This document shows positions 1 through 7,457 of a stretch of DNA of 54,026 nt, one piece after another. The translations under genes were made by a program, and so were the position numbers. Numbering within the stretch: the first letter of the stretch is position 1; every line of letters starts with the position of its first letter. Under the pieces are notes generated by a model, which was not told the DNA's origin, did no database searches, and saw only the letters and a program-made list of their open reading frames with translations. The DNA is from Opitutia bacterium (lineage in GTDB: Bacteria > Verrucomicrobiota > Verrucomicrobiia > Opitutales > T3Sed10-336): positions 1-54,026 of the forward strand of contig JBJHCF010000038.1 in NCBI GenBank assembly GCA_050506795.1, in the 5' to 3' direction.

Positions 1-560
1 CGGATCCGACAGTTCTTCCTTTGTGTCTTTGTGGCTCCGTGTGAGAAAATGATTTGTTTCGAGTTTTCGTGTGGGATGGGTAGTTTGTAGTTGGGTTCGG
101 ACTGAGGTCTGAATGGAATGCAATGGGTCTCACACGGAGCCACAAAGCCACAAAGGGGTTGGGTGGAGAAAGTAAAATCGAGCGACTAGAGATACGGCAA
201 GTGATTTTATAATCCAGTTCGTCCGCGGCCACTCCCGATCCTTCGTCTTCACGCGGATTCCACAGATCTTCCCTTTGTGTCTTCGTGGCTCTGTGTGAGA
301 AAATGATTTGTTTCAAGTTTTCGTGTGGCATGGGTAGTTTGTTGTTGGGTTCAGACTGAAACGTCTGAATCAAAGGCAATGGGTCTCACACGGAGTCACG
401 GAGACACAAAGGGGTTGGGTGGAGAAAGTAAAATCGAGCGACTAGAGATACGGCAAGTGATTTTATAATCCAGTTCGTCCGCGGCCACTCCCGCTCCTTC
501 GTCTTCACGCGGATTCCACAGTTCTTCCCTTTGTGTCTTTGTGGCTTCGTGTGAGAACAT
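1..560. repeat. Tandem array of ~255-bp units (about 2.2 copies visible, probably continuing off the left edge), each containing a 173-bp element with ~29-bp terminal inverted repeats
   Basis: GTGAGA of the right arm recurs at 41, 295 and 551 (periods 254 and 256). Elements 128-300 and 384-556 start TCTCACACGGAG(C/T)CAC and end GTGGCT(C/T)(T/C)GTGTGAGA, with near-identical interiors. Confidence 0.92.
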
Positions 561-578
561 TTCCTCTTCGCGTTCTGG

Positions 579-1022
579 CTAGTCCTTTATGCCGGCTGCG
601 ATCTCCTGGGATTCTTCGATGATGACGAACTCGCCGGCCATGCCGGCTTCGAGGTGGCCGGGGATGGTGCAGTAGTAGGTGTCGTTGAATTGCGCGACGA
701 AGACAACCCGGGTGACGGCGCCCTTTTCCACAATGATTTCGCTGCGGGCGCGGTGACGACGGAGGGCGACGTCGTGCACCATCCTCTCGCCGTTGATCAT
801 TATGATCTCCACCGTTTCTCCGGCGCGAGCGTGCAGAACCGGGTTCTTCTGTCGGTCGATCTCACCCCCCTGGCCGATGTAGCCGGTCATGAAGGCTTCC
901 AGCTGATAGGACCGGTCCACCGGTCCGGCTGCCTGCTCGGTGGCGGCCGAGCCACCGCATCCGCTGAAGAGAATGGTCGCCACCATCGCGATGGCGATCA
1001 ACGAATGGATTCCAAGTTTCAT
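579..1022 (-). CDS. Cupredoxin (blue copper) family lipoprotein
   Basis: Signal peptide with lipobox LFSGC; type-1 copper ligand set His (MVHDV) plus YYCTIPGHLEAGM (C-x4-H-x4-M). Confidence 0.85.
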   Translation of the reverse strand: MKLGIHSLIAIAMVATILFSGCGGSAATEQAAGPVDRSYQLEAFMTGYIGQGGEIDRQKNPVLHARAGETVEIIMINGERMVHDVALRRHRARSEIIVEKGAVTRVVFVAQFNDTYYCTIPGHLEAGMAGEFVIIEESQEIAAGIKD

Positions 1023-1031
1023 GGTTCCGGC

Positions 1032-1073
1032 AGCCTACCCGAGTTACGGAGCCGGAGCCTTGATATAGGTCAA
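1032..1073 (-). promoter_or_regulatory. Class II FNR/CRP-type promoter for the cupredoxin gene
   Basis: TTGAC-CTAT-ATCAA on the minus strand (1060-1073, one mismatch to TTGAT-N4-ATCAA). With -10 TAGGCT (1032-1037), +1 falls near 1025 and the box is centred at -41.5. Confidence 0.6.
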
Positions 1074-1999
1074 ATCAGGTGATCGATCACCAGCGCGGTG
1101 AGCACGACTCCGAGATAAACCAGGGAAAAACGGAAGAGTTTTCGGGCGGCGGGGTCGCGGTTGACCGAATCGCCGAATTCCGCGGTGCGCAGCAGGAAGA
1201 CCAACCCGGCAATCGTAGCCGGTATCCAATAGAGGGGGCCGGCGCCGAGTAAAACGGGTAAGGTAGCGGCGCCCAGGAGCAGGATGGCGTAAACCAGCGA
1301 GTGGTTGGCGGCTTTCTGTCCGGTGCGTTCGGTGACTGCGAGCATGCGGAAGCCGCCCTGGCGGTAGTCGTCGCGGTGGCGCCAGGCTATGGGATGGAAG
1401 TGCGGCATTTGCCAGAGGAAGACGATGACGAAGAGCACCCATCCGATGGGAGTGATGGATCCGGCCGCGGCGGCCGAACCGATGAGCGCCGGCAGAGCGC
1501 CGGCAACCGCGCCGACTTCGGTGCACCAGGGTGTCCGGCGCTTCAGCGGCGTGTAGACCAGCCAGTAGAGGAGGATGGTGATCAAACTCAGCAGGGCCGC
1601 CAGCGTGTTAAAGAGGACCAGGAGCAAGCCGACGCCGGAAACGCCGAAAAGGAGGGCGATGGACAGTGCGGCGGTGGGTGAAAGGACCCCTGAGGGAATC
1701 GGGCGGTTCCTGGTTCGGCCCATGACGGCGTCGTGGGAGCGCTCTCTCCATTGGTTGAGGGCCGAAGCGCCGAATGCGGAAAAGACGGTGCCGACAAAAA
1801 AGAGAACGATTGGTGCGGGCGAAGACTCGGCGCCGCTGAGAATAAATGCGGCGAGCGCGGGAAGGGCCGCCATCAGACTGAGCGGCGCCTTGACCAGTAC
1901 AGCGAGAGCCCGAAACAGGCGGATCGGCGAGGAAATGGTCGGGCGCTCGGGCGCGATCATCTCCGAGGACATTGACGGCGGCATTATCTGGACGCTCAT
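1070..1999 (-). CDS. cyoE: Protoheme IX farnesyltransferase (heme O synthase); start uncertain (1999, 1984, 1972 or 1960)
   Basis: UbiA-family motifs NQWRERSHDAVMGRTRNRPIPSG, YTPLKRRT, FLWQMPHF and RDDYRQGG; multiple TM helices. Confidence 0.92.
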   Translation of the reverse strand: MSVQIMPPSMSSEMIAPERPTISSPIRLFRALAVLVKAPLSLMAALPALAAFILSGAESSPAPIVLFFVGTVFSAFGASALNQWRERSHDAVMGRTRNRPIPSGVLSPTAALSIALLFGVSGVGLLLVLFNTLAALLSLITILLYWLVYTPLKRRTPWCTEVGAVAGALPALIGSAAAAGSITPIGWVLFVIVFLWQMPHFHPIAWRHRDDYRQGGFRMLAVTERTGQKAANHSLVYAILLLGAATLPVLLGAGPLYWIPATIAGLVFLLRTAEFGDSVNRDPAARKLFRFSLVYLGVVLTALVIDHLI

Positions 2000-2132
2000 T
2001 TCTTGTGGCTCAGCCTGAAGGAAACCATGGCGTACCAAGTGTATCGGATTCCGTCAAACCCGCTTGCCGTTTCTTGTCCAACCCCGGGCAATTATTGGCC
2101 TCCGACCTGGGACCCCGGACATCCGCCCGCAC

Positions 2133-2187
2133 CGGCTGCCCGGGAGCGCCGCCCTCCATGGTGGAGGGCCATGCTCCCGCATGGCCG
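2133..2187. repeat. Back-to-back pair of TGGAGGG-type REP-like palindromes
   Basis: CGGCTGCCCGGGAGCGCCGCCCTCCA-TGG-TGGAGGGCCATGCTCCCGCATGGCCG; same family as 11807-11872 and 51290-51367. Confidence 0.75.
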
Positions 2188-2330
2188 AAAGCGTTCCGGA
2201 CGGCAGTAGCGGCCCGTTCCCTTCACGACGGCCGCCACCGATCCCCGCCGTACCTTGCCGACACAGGAGTGCGGCTTCTTACACAATTGCTATTCGGCTT
2301 TACGTGGGGGAAAGAGAATAGCCAAAAAAA

Positions 2331-2371
2331 TAGCGTTTTATGTTGACATGAATCTAAAACGCTAAAAACAT
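2331..2371 (+). promoter_or_regulatory. Promoter with a putative BlaI-type operator
   Basis: TTGACA (2343-2348) lies inside a perfect 10-bp inverted repeat TAGCGTTTTA-N14-TAAAACGCTA (2331-2364); candidate -10 AAACAT at 17-bp spacing, 6 nt before the ATG. Confidence 0.6.
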
Positions 2372-2377
2372 GGCGTA

Positions 2378-2785
2378 ATGACTCGTTCCCGATCAGCGAA
2401 CAATGATCAGCACCTCCACCTCACCCGAAGGGAGCGGCAGATCATGGATATTCTTTACGCGCGCCGCGAGGTGACGGTGAACGACCTGCAGGCCGCGCTG
2501 CCGGATCCTCCCGCGCACACAGCGGTGCGCACCATGTTGAAAATCCTGGGCGACAAGGGTCTGGTCAAGCGCCGCAAGATCGGGCGCGAGTATTGCTACG
2601 AACCGCGGACGGAGCGCACGCGGGAGGGCCGGTCGGCGTTGCGCCGGGTGTTGCAAACTTTTTTTGACGGTTCCCTGGAGAACGCCGTCGGGGCCTACCT
2701 GGCCCAGAAGGACGCCGGTGTTTCCGAAGAGGAACTTCAACGGCTTCGACGCATGATCGAAGAGGCCGAGAGAAAGCGGGACTGA
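2378..2785 (+). CDS. BlaI/MecI/CopY family transcriptional repressor
   Basis: LTRRERQIMDILY, TAVRTMLKILGDKG, GREYCYEP and FFDGS motifs; directly upstream of an M56 peptidase. Confidence 0.93.
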   Translation: MTRSRSANNDQHLHLTRRERQIMDILYARREVTVNDLQAALPDPPAHTAVRTMLKILGDKGLVKRRKIGREYCYEPRTERTREGRSALRRVLQTFFDGSLENAVGAYLAQKDAGVSEEELQRLRRMIEEAERKRD

Positions 2786-2843
2786 CGCCCGCTTTATTGT
2801 CATAATCTGTCGGATACATTAATTCTGTAAAGCAAGGAATCCC

Positions 2844-5800
2844 ATGGAAATTCCCACCCCGTTCCTGGTCGACGCCTTTATCAAGAGCGCGGCCGTCCTT
2901 CTTCTGGCGGCACTGGTTGTCGTTTTCTTGCGACGCGGTTCCGCCGCGGCGCGGCACCTGGTGTGGGCCGGCGCGGTGGCGGGTGTGTTGCTGTTGCCCT
3001 TGTTGGTCTGGGTGCTGCCGGCGTGGTCGGTGATTCCGTCGGCGGCGGTGGAAACGCCCGCCGTCAACGATCCGGTGGTCGCGGCATCGGAGCCGGAGCC
3101 CTTTCAACGGGAGGACAGGGGTGGCGATTCGGCTGTCACGGCGGCCTGGCGCGGCGCGGCAGCGGCCGATGCTTCGGATCCGACCGAACCGGTGGATTTG
3201 CGAGACGTTGCGGATGCGGTTGCGGGGTCGCCCGTTCGATCGTCGGAAGGATGGGCGGAACGGGAAGAATTTTCATTGGCGGTGACCCAGGCGGCGAAGT
3301 CTCCGGTTCAGTCCTGGTGGTCGGCGCTGTTGCGCCGGGCTCCGTGGATCTGGCTCGCGGGCGCCGGGTTGGCGTTGCTGCCAATGATTGCAGGTAGAGT
3401 TGGTTTGTTCCGTCTGAAGCGGACGGCCCGCCGGGTCACCGATCCGGCGTGGCTGTCGCTTCTGGCGGAACTCAAATCCGACCTGAAAATCAGTCGGCCG
3501 GTGGTGTTGCTGGAGAGTCCGGTGTGCACGATGCCCATGACCTGGGGGGCGCTGCCCGGCATAGCGCCAAAGGTTCTCCTGCCGGAGGACGCGCTTCACG
3601 AATGGTCGGCCGAACGCCGCCGTGCGGTGTTGTTGCATGAGTTGGCGCATGTGAAACGTCGGGATTGCCTGACCCACTTGCTGAGCCAGTTGGCCTGCGC
3701 CCTGTACTGGTGCAATCCGCTGATCTGGGTGGCGTCGCGTCGCATGCTGGTGGAACGCGAGCGGGCTTGTGACGACCTGGCGTTGCGGCAGGCCATGGCG
3801 CCCGCGGCGTACGCGAAACACTTGCTGGAGATCGCCACCGCTCCACAGGCAAACACCCTGGCCGCCCATGCGGGAGTCGCTATGGCGCGACCGTCGCAAC
3901 TCGGCGACCGCCTGGTCGCTGTCCTCGACGAACACCGCAACCGCCAGGCGCTGAGCCGGTTGACGGTGGCGGCGATGATCGCGCTTATTGGCGCGGTGGT
4001 GGTGCCGGTGGCCATGTTGCAAGCGACGGGATCTTTGGACCGACCGGATTTGTCCGGAATCGTGACCGACCAATACGGGCAGCCGTTGCGGGACGCGACG
4101 GTGTTTATCCATACCGCCGCGCCACGAGAAGGTTTGGGGATTCTTTGCCCGTCCTGTTATGCGGATTGTGCGAAAAGCGCCAACACGGATTCGGTAGGGC
4201 GTTTTACCATAGAAAGCCTCGATCCCGAATTGATCTTTCAAATCCTGGTGGTGGCGGAAGGCTATCGGCCGGAGTTCGTTGGGGAGGTCGATCCGTTCAA
4301 CGAGCCGCTGGAAGTCGCCCTGGATCCGGCTTCGGCGGGCGACACACCGAACCATCGTGTCCGGGGGAGGGTTGTGGACGCCGGAGGGAATCCGGTCCCG
4401 GGAGCCGTGGCGTGGCTGTTTGGCGTGACCCAGGAAAACCGCACCTGGTGGGGCCGATACGAAGGGTTTGATCCGGTGGCGGTCGCGGATACGAACGGCG
4501 AATTCGTTATTCACAGCGAGGAACCGTTCGAGGAAGCCGGGTTTAAGATAGAGGCCCGAGGGAAGGCAGGCCGGACCTTCGGGCAGGTATCGAGCGGCGA
4601 TACGGTCCATGAATTTCCGTTGACCGAGGGCGTATCAGTAACTGGCCGTGTGATGAAGGACGGCGAACCGCTGGCGGGCGTGGAGGTCGGCATGACGGGC
4701 GCCGATCGTGAGATATCTGCCTTTGTCGGGGATCACTCCATTGCAACGGACGACGACGGATACTTCCTGATCGTCAATCTGCCGGCGGAGACGGAGTACT
4801 ATTTCTACGGGTCAATGGAAACGCTGGAAAACCGCGAAGTGATTCCATCGCGTCCTGTGCACGTCGGTGAGGACGGGACGACCCTGGAGTTGGGTGATGT
4901 GAACGTGGAAACCGGTTTCCACCTGGAGGGACGGATCCGGTTGACGGATGGCGGAACGGTTCCCCCCGGGACGCCTGTACTCCTGAGCCGTGAGCAGGCG
5001 TGGGATAGTGTCCGGTCTGAAGCCGATGCGGAAGGGCGTTTCCGTTTCCACGGAATCCCGTCCGAACCGATTACGTTGTCCGCCCGGATTGAGGGCTATC
5101 GGCCATCTCTCGCTAACTCCAGTCTTGATGAATTAAATCCCGTCAGACTGATTGGCACGCTCTATTCCGACAAAACGGATTTGGTGTTGGAAGTGGAACC
5201 GGGAGTGCGCAGCGGAAGGCTGGACGACTATTTCAGGGATATGAAGCACGAACCGTTGAGCGGGGCAGAGGCTTCTTCCGAGCCCGGGGACATCCGGGTG
5301 AACGGGCGCGTTGTGGACGCGGAAACCGGCGATCTGTTGCCCGCGTTCACGGTAACTCCAGGACGGGCGAGCACTTGGCGTTCGGGTGAAATCGAATGGT
5401 CTTTCAGAGCGAAAAGCACCCATACGGCGGGCTCATTCTCAGTGTCGTTCCAGGAAACGGAACAGGCGCCTGCCTTGTTGATCGAGGCCGAGGGGTATTT
5501 CTCCCATGTGAGCGATACCCTATCCGAGCCGGAGAATGACCTGTTAGTTGAAATGGAAAAAGGCGCCAGCCTTTCCGGCGTCGTATTGCGGCCGGACGGT
5601 CAACCGGCTGCTCAAGCTGCCGTTTACCTCGCCGATCCGGCAAGTGGAACGACGGTGAGGGTGTCTGGAAACGACGAGGTGACCGTTGGGAACGAGCCTA
5701 CACCGGGAGAGTATCGTGCGGTGACGGATGGCTTGGGGCGGTTCTCGTTTTATTCACGCATGGCCCCCGCCTATGTTCTGGTTTTGGATGACGCCGGTTT

Positions 5801-6677
5801 TGCGGAGGTTCCCGTAGAGGGGGTCACTGAAGGCCTGGAAGTCACCTTACAACCGTGGGCCAGAGTCGAGGGACAACTCAGGATCGGCGCTAATCCGGCC
5901 GAGAACGAGACCGTACGGTTGGAGGTGAACCATATACCGTTAACCTATTGGGGTGCGTTGCCACCGCTGTCCTATTCACTAAGAGCGAGGACGGACAGCG
6001 ATGGGGAATTCGTTTTCGAACAAGTGCCGCCGTTTCCAGTGGAGATTTACTATTACCGGAACCGTTGGCAGGTTCCGCACACGCAGGTTCGGAAATCGCA
6101 AACCAAACGAATTGAACCGGCTCCGGGTGAGACCTACCGGCTGACCCTTGGCGGAAGTGGCCGGCCGGTTGTCGGGCGAATGGTGGCCGCGGACTACGAC
6201 GGAGATGTCGACTGGATGGGGACGAACACTTCACAGTTGTTACTTTTCACCCCGTGGCCGCCGGAACTCCAAAACGAATTCCCTGAATTCATCCGAGAAC
6301 GCGATGAAGCGTTGCGTGTCGCGGAGTCGGACGAGGAAAAGGAGGCCATTGAGGTGGAATACCTCCGTCGGCGCGATGAGGAGAGAGCGAGGTTGCGCGC
6401 GGCTCATAGGTCCGAAGCGGGGCGGGAGCACTTTTTTTCCCGGCGTCAATACCAATTGGAGTTCTCCCCGGACGGCAGTTTCCGGATTGATGATGTGCCG
6501 GGAGGTGAATACAGGCTTTCAGTAGTGATAATCGATCAAGATTTGCCCCTGGTCGTCGGGGAGCCGGTCCCGTATATTGTCAATTACAGCGAAACCATCG
6601 AAATCCCCGAATCCCCCAACGGCCGAACCGATGAACCGTATGATCTGGGAGTGATCGAAGTCGAGGCGCCTCAATGA
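2844..6677 (+). CDS. BlaR1-like M56 metallopeptidase fused to multiple carboxypeptidase-regulatory-like (Cna-B-type) beta-sandwich domains
   Basis: N-terminal TM helices; HELAH zinc motif (3636-3650), YWCNPL and ERERACDD; repeated G.V.D..G.P...A.V and TD..G.F motifs across the C-terminal ~880 aa. Confidence 0.88.
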   Translation: MEIPTPFLVDAFIKSAAVLLLAALVVVFLRRGSAAARHLVWAGAVAGVLLLPLLVWVLPAWSVIPSAAVETPAVNDPVVAASEPEPFQREDRGGDSAVTAAWRGAAAADASDPTEPVDLRDVADAVAGSPVRSSEGWAEREEFSLAVTQAAKSPVQSWWSALLRRAPWIWLAGAGLALLPMIAGRVGLFRLKRTARRVTDPAWLSLLAELKSDLKISRPVVLLESPVCTMPMTWGALPGIAPKVLLPEDALHEWSAERRRAVLLHELAHVKRRDCLTHLLSQLACALYWCNPLIWVASRRMLVERERACDDLALRQAMAPAAYAKHLLEIATAPQANTLAAHAGVAMARPSQLGDRLVAVLDEHRNRQALSRLTVAAMIALIGAVVVPVAMLQATGSLDRPDLSGIVTDQYGQPLRDATVFIHTAAPREGLGILCPSCYADCAKSANTDSVGRFTIESLDPELIFQILVVAEGYRPEFVGEVDPFNEPLEVALDPASAGDTPNHRVRGRVVDAGGNPVPGAVAWLFGVTQENRTWWGRYEGFDPVAVADTNGEFVIHSEEPFEEAGFKIEARGKAGRTFGQVSSGDTVHEFPLTEGVSVTGRVMKDGEPLAGVEVGMTGADREISAFVGDHSIATDDDGYFLIVNLPAETEYYFYGSMETLENREVIPSRPVHVGEDGTTLELGDVNVETGFHLEGRIRLTDGGTVPPGTPVLLSREQAWDSVRSEADAEGRFRFHGIPSEPITLSARIEGYRPSLANSSLDELNPVRLIGTLYSDKTDLVLEVEPGVRSGRLDDYFRDMKHEPLSGAEASSEPGDIRVNGRVVDAETGDLLPAFTVTPGRASTWRSGEIEWSFRAKSTHTAGSFSVSFQETEQAPALLIEAEGYFSHVSDTLSEPENDLLVEMEKGASLSGVVLRPDGQPAAQAAVYLADPASGTTVRVSGNDEVTVGNEPTPGEYRAVTDGLGRFSFYSRMAPAYVLVLDDAGFAEVPVEGVTEGLEVTLQPWARVEGQLRIGANPAENETVRLEVNHIPLTYWGALPPLSYSLRARTDSDGEFVFEQVPPFPVEIYYYRNRWQVPHTQVRKSQTKRIEPAPGETYRLTLGGSGRPVVGRMVAADYDGDVDWMGTNTSQLLLFTPWPPELQNEFPEFIRERDEALRVAESDEEKEAIEVEYLRRRDEERARLRAAHRSEAGREHFFSRRQYQLEFSPDGSFRIDDVPGGEYRLSVVIIDQDLPLVVGEPVPYIVNYSETIEIPESPNGRTDEPYDLGVIEVEAPQ

Positions 6678-6721
6678 ATTCTTTCCCGCGGAAGAATGTC
6701 GTTTGAGTGAAAGGCAATGGG

Positions 6722-6893
6722 TCTCACACGGAGCCACAAAGACACAAAGGGGTTGAGTGGAGAAAGCAAAATGGAACGACTCGTGAGACGGCAAGTTTTT
6801 AATAATCGATTTCGTCCGCAATCACTCCCGGTCATTCGCCTTAACCCGGTTCCCACGGTTTTGTCCTCCGTGTCTTTGTGGCTCCGTGTGAGA
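6722..6893. repeat. Diverged 172-bp copy of the inverted-repeat element in the 1-560 array (MITE-like)
   Basis: Starts TCTCACACGGAGCCACAAAGACACAAAGG, ends CCTCCGTGTCTTTGTGGCTCCGTGTGAGA; interior aligns with 128-300; same GCAATGGG and ATTTGTTTC flanks. Confidence 0.9.
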
Positions 6894-6932
6894 AAAAATA
6901 TTTGTTTCCAGCTTGTCCGGAAGCACTCCGAC

Positions 6933-7070
6933 TCATGCGCCTTGACCCGGTTTCCATTTTGCCGGGGCCAGGCGCAGCCCGACCTTTTTGGCCAGTTGGC
7001 GTTGACGTTCGTCGAAAGACGCGAAGACCTCCAACTCGGTGAGTCGAGCGCAGGCGATCGCGTAAATCAA
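6933..7070 (-). pseudogene. vapC: VapC/PIN-domain toxin remnant with a large in-frame internal deletion (45 aa left)
   Basis: Manual translation MIYAIACARLTELEVFASFDERQRQLAKKVGLRLAPAKWKPGQGA*. TTG start overlaps the antitoxin stop (TTGA). The PIN N-terminus MIYA is joined directly to the PIN C-terminal SFDERQ..LA...GL motif. Confidence 0.75.
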
Positions 7071-7315
7071 TACCGGTCCCTTTCCTCAGCGATGAGTTCC
7101 GCTCCCGAACGCGGTAACGTTCCTTCGGGAAAAATGTCATGCTGGCGGGCTTCGAAGTCGGGAATCCGGCACGAACCCGATCCCGAGGGAGGCACTGGAA
7201 GCAGCTTGAGAATTGGCTTGGAGCGTTTCGTCACCACGACCGTTTCGCCTGCTTCCACCCATTTCACTAGCGTGCTGGTTTCATTGCGGAGCTGTCGTAA
7301 TGTCGCGGTTTTCAT
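7067..7315 (-). CDS. Phd/YefM family type II antitoxin
   Basis: MKTATLRQLRNETSTLVKWVEAGETVVVTKRSKPILKLLP matches the prevent-host-death N-terminal pattern; 82 aa; VapB-like C-terminal end (LIAEERDRY). Confidence 0.88.
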   Translation of the reverse strand: MKTATLRQLRNETSTLVKWVEAGETVVVTKRSKPILKLLPVPPSGSGSCRIPDFEARQHDIFPEGTLPRSGAELIAEERDRY

Positions 7316-7351
7316 AGGTCCACAATAGGTCCACAAAAGTGGATTTGGCAA
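7315..7351 (-). promoter_or_regulatory. Antitoxin promoter and operator
   Basis: Minus-strand TTGCCA-N18-TATTGT ending 6 nt before the ATG; tandem TAGGTCCACAA x2 (7315-7336) and palindrome TCCAC-AAAA-GTGGA (7330-7343) overlap it. Confidence 0.6.
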
Positions 7352-7457
7352 GGCCGAATGGCATGGTAAGGGTGTAGAGGTAGAGCCGTCCCGGCTCTGT
7401 TTCAGCGGTGATTCGGGGCTGCGGACGTCGGATCAAGATAAACCAGTGCGATTACCC

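Noticed and set aside
1..560. CRISPR array
   Set aside because: Units are ~255 bp, the intervening sequences are near-identical instead of unique, arms alternate in orientation, and no cas genes are present.
2786..2843. TACA-N7-TGTA in the AT-rich blaI-M56 spacer as a BlaI operator
   Set aside because: Spacing differs from TACA-NN-TGTA and the match is short enough to be chance.
6717..7328. 203-aa plus-strand ORF
   Set aside because: It is a translation of the repeat element running antisense through the TA locus; the frame closes early in the copies at 123 and 379.
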